DNA of 64,000 nucleotides from Vulcanimicrobiota bacterium (GTDB taxonomy: Bacteria > Vulcanimicrobiota > Vulcanimicrobiia > Vulcanimicrobiales > Vulcanimicrobiaceae). The stretch spans positions 608,001 through 672,000 of the forward strand of contig OY968762.1 of assembly GCA_963695225.1 (NCBI GenBank). The letters are read 5' to 3'. The position numbers were made by a program, and so were the translations under genes. The notes beneath the pieces were generated by a model. It worked only from the letters and a program-made list of their open reading frames with translations, was not told the DNA's origin and searched no databases. Positions 59,501 to 64,000 of the stretch are shown here, in pieces (within the stretch, counting starts at the first letter, position 1; the number at the start of each line of letters is the position of its first letter).

Positions 59501-60058
59501 CAAGCCGTCGTTGACGACGTCTTGCTCCGGGATCCCGTGCCGCATGATCTCGATATAGAAGCGATCCCCGAAGATGTCGCCGAACGCGCGCGCCGCTCGC
59601 TTGGCGCCCTCGAAATCGTTCTTGAGCAGCGGTTGCGCGCACAGCCCCGACATGCACCCCGACAGCACGATCAGCCCGTCGTTGTGCTTGGCGAGCAGAT
59701 CCATATCGATGCGCGGCTTATAATAGTAGCCTTCGAGATACCCCTTCGAGATCAGCGCGACGAGGTTGCGGTACCCCACGAGATCGGCGGCCAGCAGAGT
59801 GACGTGCGCCTCGTCGCGGACGGTCCGGTCGAACCGCCCGCGCGGCGCGATGTACGCCTCGCACCCGACGATCGGCACGAGCTTGTGCTCGCGCGCCGCG
59901 TAGTAGAACTCCATCGCCCCGAACATCACGCCATGATCCGTGAGTGCGATCCCTGGAGCACCGGTCTCGGCGCTGCGCCGGCACAGCGAATCGACTCGGC
60001 ACGCCCCATCGAGCAGCGAGTACTCGCTGTGGACGTGCAGGTGGACGAACGAACTCAA
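56597..60058 (-). CDS. dnaE: DNA polymerase III alpha subunit
   Basis: HLHVHSEYSLLDG PHP, GRGSAVGS, MPDIDTDF, GFNKSHA, OB fold; TTG start with GGGAG RBS. Confidence 0.97.
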   Translation of the reverse strand: MSSFVHLHVHSEYSLLDGACRVDSLCRRSAETGAPGIALTDHGVMFGAMEFYYAAREHKLVPIVGCEAYIAPRGRFDRTVRDEAHVTLLAADLVGYRNLVALISKGYLEGYYYKPRIDMDLLAKHNDGLIVLSGCMSGLCAQPLLKNDFEGAKRAARAFGDIFGDRFYIEIMRHGIPEQDVVNDGLIKLAREMNLPLVATNDSHYLTREDAPAHDVLLCIGTGKTVADTNRLKFMTHEFYVKSNEEMRELFADVPDACDNTLEIVKRIDMRIPEKTFNIPVYPVPQAGLQPSLLGAKTPEEYLREVCEAGLVERYGSERAAHDEALRERLDYELGVITKMGFASYFLIVWDFIKYARDRDIPVGPGRGSAVGSIVSYCLRITDLDPIKFKLLFERFLNPDRISMPDIDTDFCVERRDEVIDYVTHKYGSDRVAQIVTFGTMAARAAVRDAGRALGVPLGDVDRVAKLIPSGPGGLSIAQALANIPELKNLSDNSPQIRKLLETARSIEGLARHASTHAAGVVISAGPLVDWAPLIKLGEDDVNTQYDMNMVERIGLLKMDFLGLRNLTVMKAASDEIRRTTDPAFDLARIPDDDARTFEMLGRGETTGVFQLESDGMRRVVGELQPSSLDDIIALVALYRPGPMEWIPQYISNKHGRTKPRYLHPKLEPILAETYGIACYQEQVMQIARDIAGFTLGQADELRKVMGKKQKDKIPLYREKFIAGSVKNGIDAHLAGEIFAFVEPFAGYGFNKSHAAAYGWISYQTAFLKANHPIAYFAALMTSVKDKTDKLVEYIDEAKKLGIAVLPPDVNESLVDFAVVGSQIRFGLAAVKGVGEGAVRALLEARRTGGKFADVFDLVARVESGAANRKVYEALIKCGALDALPGNRSEQLAALDGALDAATRAAKDRELGQVSLFGTVEETPELAQALPALPAPTTMERLAWEKETLGIFVSGHPLADVAEQLARAGATPIKDLGTFEDDAQVVVAGMLTAVRRTMTKAQQQMLIATLEDTGGSVELIVFPKSYAQLQTAFVPDAIVTVRGRVRFRERRGSMPGDDVPVETSVTVNEVTPFQRRVEAPVASAWHVRVRNRRQIDALALLVAESPGTIPIVLHEGERAARLGAGISTGVYVRSELDAIFSRNNVWEGPLPNA

Positions 60059-60230
60059 CGCGACTCCCGGCTGACGAAGCGAAGCTCCTAGCTTCCAACC
60101 CCGCTCCCCCCCACCCTGGCAGGCGCCGTCTCCGGCTCCGACACCGGCCGTCATCCTGAACGGAGCGAAGCTCGCGTCGGTCGACCGACGCGCTTGGAGA
60201 AGCTCGAGGCTGGCCTTTCTCGTTAGCGAC

Positions 60231-60382
60231 GCGGCCGGGACGGGGGGACAGTCCTCTGCGGGGACGCCCGCGATTTCGCATCCATGCGAAATCGCTACTA
60301 GCCCACTTGCCCGCTCCCGCCATCCATGGCTCCGCGAGCAAGCTGGACTCCCCGCAGAGGACTGTCCCCCCGCCCCGACCGC
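60231..60382 (-). ncRNA. Candidate Y-shaped structured RNA (unassigned family)
   Basis: 34-bp closing stem plus two internal hairpins; the four non-Watson-Crick stem pairs are G-U on the minus strand; both apices read CAUGGAUG. Confidence 0.5.
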
Positions 60383-60756
60383 TACCGGATTCCGGGCACT
60401 GCATGTCGACTTGGGGCGTCGCAACGTCGCTTGCGTGCCCCATGCCCCCGAGGGAACTTGTCGAAGGACGACCACCCGCGGACTATTCTCGTCTCGGCTT
60501 TCCGCATATATCCGCCGATTCGTCGCTGCGAGACTGCCGAGAGCACGATGTGCTAAATGCTGCGCATCACGCCAAGTGACGCGAAACGGCGATTCAACCG
60601 GCCGAATGGGGCGCAGCAAGCAATCGCAAGGATTCGCTCGCGCGTGCTCGACGCAGCTCGCGGGAGGAGGTCCTGCGACGTTCGTCGTGCGGGTTTCCCC
60701 GCGCTTCCGTCTAAGATGGTCGGAAGTTTCATGCCGGAGGAAAGAGGGTCTCGAGC

Positions 60757-62442
60757 TTGATCAAGCACGACGTCGTGGTCATCGGCGGCGGGCTCGCGGG
60801 AATGCGGGCCGCAGTCGAAGCGGCCGAACTCGGCGCTGACGTCGCCATCGTTTCAAAGCTGCATCCCGTGCGAAGCCACTCGGGCGCCGCGCAGGGCGGC
60901 ATCAACGCCGCCCTCGGCAACAGCGCCGACGACAGCACGGAGCAACACGCGTTCGATTGCGCGAAGGGCTCGGACTATCTGGGCGACCAGGATTCGATCG
61001 AGGCGATGGCCGAGGACGCGCCGCGTCAGATCGTGTGGCTCGAGCACCGCGGCTGCATCTTCTCGCGCCTCGCGGACGGCAAGATCGCGCAGCGCCCGTT
61101 CGGCGGCGCCGGGACGCCGCGTACGTGCTACTCGGCGGACGTGACGGGGCTCGTGATCCTGCACACGCTGTGGGAGCAGCTCGAACGCTTCAACATCAAG
61201 GTCTACGAAGAGTATTTCGCGACCGCGCTCTGTATCGAGGACGGCGTCGGGACCGGCGTCGTCGCTTACAACATGCGCAACGGCAAGCTCGAACTCGTCA
61301 CCGCGAAGGCCACGATCTTCGCGACCGGCGGCCTCGGCCGCGTCTACCGGAAGACGACGAACGGATACGCCTCCACCGGCGACGGCATGTCGATCGCGTA
61401 CCGGGCGGGCATACCGCTGATGGATATGGAGTTCGTCCAGTTCCACCCGACCTCGCTGAAGGTCAACGGCGTGCTCCTCTCGGAAGCCGCCCGCGGTGAA
61501 GGCGCCTACCTCCTCAATAGCGAGGGCGAGCGCTTCATGTTCAAGTACGCGCCGAACAAGGGCGAACTCGCCTCGCGCGACGTCGTCTCGCGCGCCGAAT
61601 GGACCGAGATCCTCGAAGGCCGCGGCGTCAACGGCTGCGTCTTCCTCGATCTGCGCCACCTGGGCCGCGAGAAGATCCTCGAGCGCCTCCCGCAGATTCG
61701 CGAGCTCGCGCTCGACGCGACGGGGATCGATGCGATCGACGCGCCGATTCCGATCCTGCCGGGTATGCACTACGCGATGGGCGGCATCGAGACCGACAAG
61801 TTCGGCGCGACGCGCGTCCCCGGCGTCTACGCCGCCGGCGAAGTCGCCTGCGTCAGCGTGCACGGCGCGAATCGCCTGGGCGGCAACTCGCTGCTCGATA
61901 CGATCGTCTTCGGCGCACGCTCCGCCCGGCATGCAGTCGACTACGTCAAATCGGCCGGCGACGTGCGCCCCTCCGAACGGACGCTCAAGAGCGAGCAGGA
62001 CCGCATCAAGGGCATTCTCGCGCGCGAGGGCGGCCCGCGCCACACCGAAGTGCGCAAGCTGGTCAACGACGCGATGAGCGATCACGCGTTCATCTTCCGT
62101 AATGAAACGGAGCTCACGGCGGGCATGCAGGCGCTGCGCCAGGCCCGCGAAGCAGCGCAGACGATGACGGTCATGGACAAGTCGAAGACGTTCAATACGG
62201 ACCTCGTCACGTTGCTCGAGACCGAGTTCATCACGGACGTCGCGCAGCCGATCATGCTCGGCGCGCTCAATCGCAAGGAGTCGCGCGGCGCGCAATCCCG
62301 CACGGACTTCCCGGACCGCGACGACGAGAACTGGACCGTCCACACGCTGATGCGCTACGAGGGGCCGGTCGCGGACCCGACTCCCGATTACTCCCGCAAG
62401 GTGGTCTTCACCAAATATCCTCCGCAGGTGAGAACGTACTAG
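60757..62442 (+). CDS. sdhA: Succinate dehydrogenase/fumarate reductase flavoprotein
   Basis: [16 protein letters not shown] (FAD His), [34 protein letters not shown]. Confidence 0.96.
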   Translation: MIKHDVVVIGGGLAGMRAAVEAAELGADVAIVSKLHPVRSHSGAAQGGINAALGNSADDSTEQHAFDCAKGSDYLGDQDSIEAMAEDAPRQIVWLEHRGCIFSRLADGKIAQRPFGGAGTPRTCYSADVTGLVILHTLWEQLERFNIKVYEEYFATALCIEDGVGTGVVAYNMRNGKLELVTAKATIFATGGLGRVYRKTTNGYASTGDGMSIAYRAGIPLMDMEFVQFHPTSLKVNGVLLSEAARGEGAYLLNSEGERFMFKYAPNKGELASRDVVSRAEWTEILEGRGVNGCVFLDLRHLGREKILERLPQIRELALDATGIDAIDAPIPILPGMHYAMGGIETDKFGATRVPGVYAAGEVACVSVHGANRLGGNSLLDTIVFGARSARHAVDYVKSAGDVRPSERTLKSEQDRIKGILAREGGPRHTEVRKLVNDAMSDHAFIFRNETELTAGMQALRQAREAAQTMTVMDKSKTFNTDLVTLLETEFITDVAQPIMLGALNRKESRGAQSRTDFPDRDDENWTVHTLMRYEGPVADPTPDYSRKVVFTKYPPQVRTY

Positions 62443-63399
62443 ATGGAACTGACGCTCGATATCTTCCGCTACGACCCCGACGTGGATGCCGTCCCGCATC
62501 GCGATAAGATCAAGCTCGACGTGCCCGAGGGCTCGACCGTCCTCGACGCGCTCGAGCAGGCCAAGGCCGAGGTCGACGGCACGCTCTCGTTCCGCCGTTC
62601 CTGCCGCTCGGCGATCTGCGGTTCGTGCTCGATGAACATCAACGGCGTGACCGGCCTCGTCTGCAAGACGCCGGTCCGCAACGTCATGAAGGCGGACGGG
62701 TCGATCAAGATCGACCCGATGCCGAACTTCCAGCCGATGCGCGATCTCGCGGTCCACATGGATCCGTTCTGGGACAAGTACTCGCGCCTCAAGCCCTATC
62801 TGCAGCCTGCCGACAAAGATTCCGACCACGAGCGCGAACGGCGCGTCTCGCCGGAGGACATGAAGAAGCTCGTCCTGGTCGCGAACTGCATCATGTGTGC
62901 GACCTGCTACGCGCTCTGCCCCGTCGTCAGCGTCGATCCGTCCTTTGCGGGCCCCGCCGCGATCGCGTACGCGTACCGCTTCATCGAAGACGTGCGCGAT
63001 TCCAAGCGCAAGTCTCGCGCCGCGCAGATCAGCGCCGATTACCTCTGGCTCTGCGCCCACTGTTACGCGTGCTCGTACTGCCCGAAGGGCGTCGAGCCGA
63101 ACGACCGGATCATCGATACGAAGCGCGCGACGATCGAAGAGGGGCTGACGAACGCCGCCGGCCCACGCCATGCGCTCGTCGTCGCCAAGACGATCAAGCA
63201 GACGGGCATGTTGCACGAGACCGAAGTCATTCAAGGGACGGTCGGCCGTTTCAACTTCAGCGGATTGCTGAAGGTCATGCCGCTCGGATTACGGATGCTC
63301 TCGCGCGGAAAGCTCCCGCCGCTGGTCATCCACCCCGTGCCGAAGGCGGATGAGATCCGCACCATCTTCAACGCGCTGGAGGTCCCGGTAGGCTCATGA
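62443..63399 (+). CDS. sdhB: Succinate dehydrogenase iron-sulfur subunit with C-terminal extension
   Basis: SCRSAICGSC, CIMCATCYALCP, CAHCYACSYCP. Confidence 0.93.
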   Translation: MELTLDIFRYDPDVDAVPHRDKIKLDVPEGSTVLDALEQAKAEVDGTLSFRRSCRSAICGSCSMNINGVTGLVCKTPVRNVMKADGSIKIDPMPNFQPMRDLAVHMDPFWDKYSRLKPYLQPADKDSDHERERRVSPEDMKKLVLVANCIMCATCYALCPVVSVDPSFAGPAAIAYAYRFIEDVRDSKRKSRAAQISADYLWLCAHCYACSYCPKGVEPNDRIIDTKRATIEEGLTNAAGPRHALVVAKTIKQTGMLHETEVIQGTVGRFNFSGLLKVMPLGLRMLSRGKLPPLVIHPVPKADEIRTIFNALEVPVGS

Positions 63400-64000
63400 C
63401 GACGAACATCGATACGACGGCCGCCCCGAAGCTGCATTCGAAATCCGCGCAGACGAAACGCTACGGCTTCTTCCCCGGTTGCGTCGCGAAGGAATCCTGT
63501 ACCGAACTCTTCAACTCGACGCTGCTCCTCGCCGACAAGCTCGGCATCGAACTCGTCGAGCTGACGGCGGCCTCGTGCTGCGGCGCCTCCGTGCTCAACG
63601 ACGTCAACCGCGACGTGGCCCGCGTCCTCAACGCGCGGACGTATGCGCAAGCCGAGGCGCTCGGCCTCGACGACGTCATCACGATCTGCTCGACGTGCAC
63701 GGGGCACATGCGCGCGGCGAACAAGGAACTGCTCGAAGACGAGCACCACATGGAGCACGCGAACGGCATCCTCGGAAAGTTCGGCGCGAAATACGCCGGA
63801 ACGGTCGCCGTCCGGCATCTCCTCTGGCTGCTCATCGACGACATCGGCCTCGACAAGCTCCGCTCGATGGTCGTGCATCCGTTGCGCGGGCTTCGCGTCG
63901 CGCCGTTCTACGGTTGCCACATCATCCGGCCGGAGAGCGTGAACGGCTGGGAATCCGCGCGGAATCCCCACTCGCTCGAAGACATCATCGAAGCGCTCGG
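63396..64000 (+). CDS. CCG-domain (HdrB/SdhE-like) subunit, truncated at the window end
   Basis: ATGA overlap; FFPGC, SCCGA, TICSTC, FYGCH; frame open to the window end. Confidence 0.88.
   Translation, partial: MTTNIDTTAAPKLHSKSAQTKRYGFFPGCVAKESCTELFNSTLLLADKLGIELVELTAASCCGASVLNDVNRDVARVLNARTYAQAEALGLDDVITICSTCTGHMRAANKELLEDEHHMEHANGILGKFGAKYAGTVAVRHLLWLLIDDIGLDKLRSMVVHPLRGLRVAPFYGCHIIRPESVNGWESARNPHSLEDIIEAL

Noticed and set aside
60231..60382. Retron msr-msd
   Set aside because: Flanking inverted repeats fit superficially, but no reverse transcriptase is in the window

Overview
High-GC chromosomal window from a diderm bacterium (TolC present). The gene style suggests Candidatus Eremiobacterota/Vulcanimicrobiota, but that is an inference only. 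Left core (1-18.5 kb): a BcsB-like protein + MshEN-like/GT2 polysaccharide synthase + two-component operon, priA-aroBKC, a diguanylate cyclase, an esterase, and a ~1376-aa APC permease-GH35 glycosidase fusion whose 3' end runs into tRNA-Leu(CAA). A 1.1-kb integrase-less mini-island (frameshifted RelE/HigB-type toxin, XRE antitoxin, att-arm-like repeats) sits between two 25-bp copies of the tRNA 3' end. A ~25-kb sulfur-oxidation/detox region follows: sqr, Fur-type regulator, soxS-soxF-Rieske-soxZ-soxY-soxB-soxC-soxD with no soxA/soxX, LysR, sorAB, two rhodaneses, an RND-MFP-TolC pump, DUF2892 x2, DUF302 and YeiH. Four CsoR/CstR-type operator palindromes lie in or beside it. Right core: aroA, ECF sigma, amidohydrolase, dnaE-hisZGD-cof-ftsQAZ, a Y-shaped structured-RNA candidate upstream of dnaE, and an sdhAB + CCG-domain (type E-like) succinate dehydrogenase truncated by the window end. 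All calls come from reading the sequence; no searches were run.
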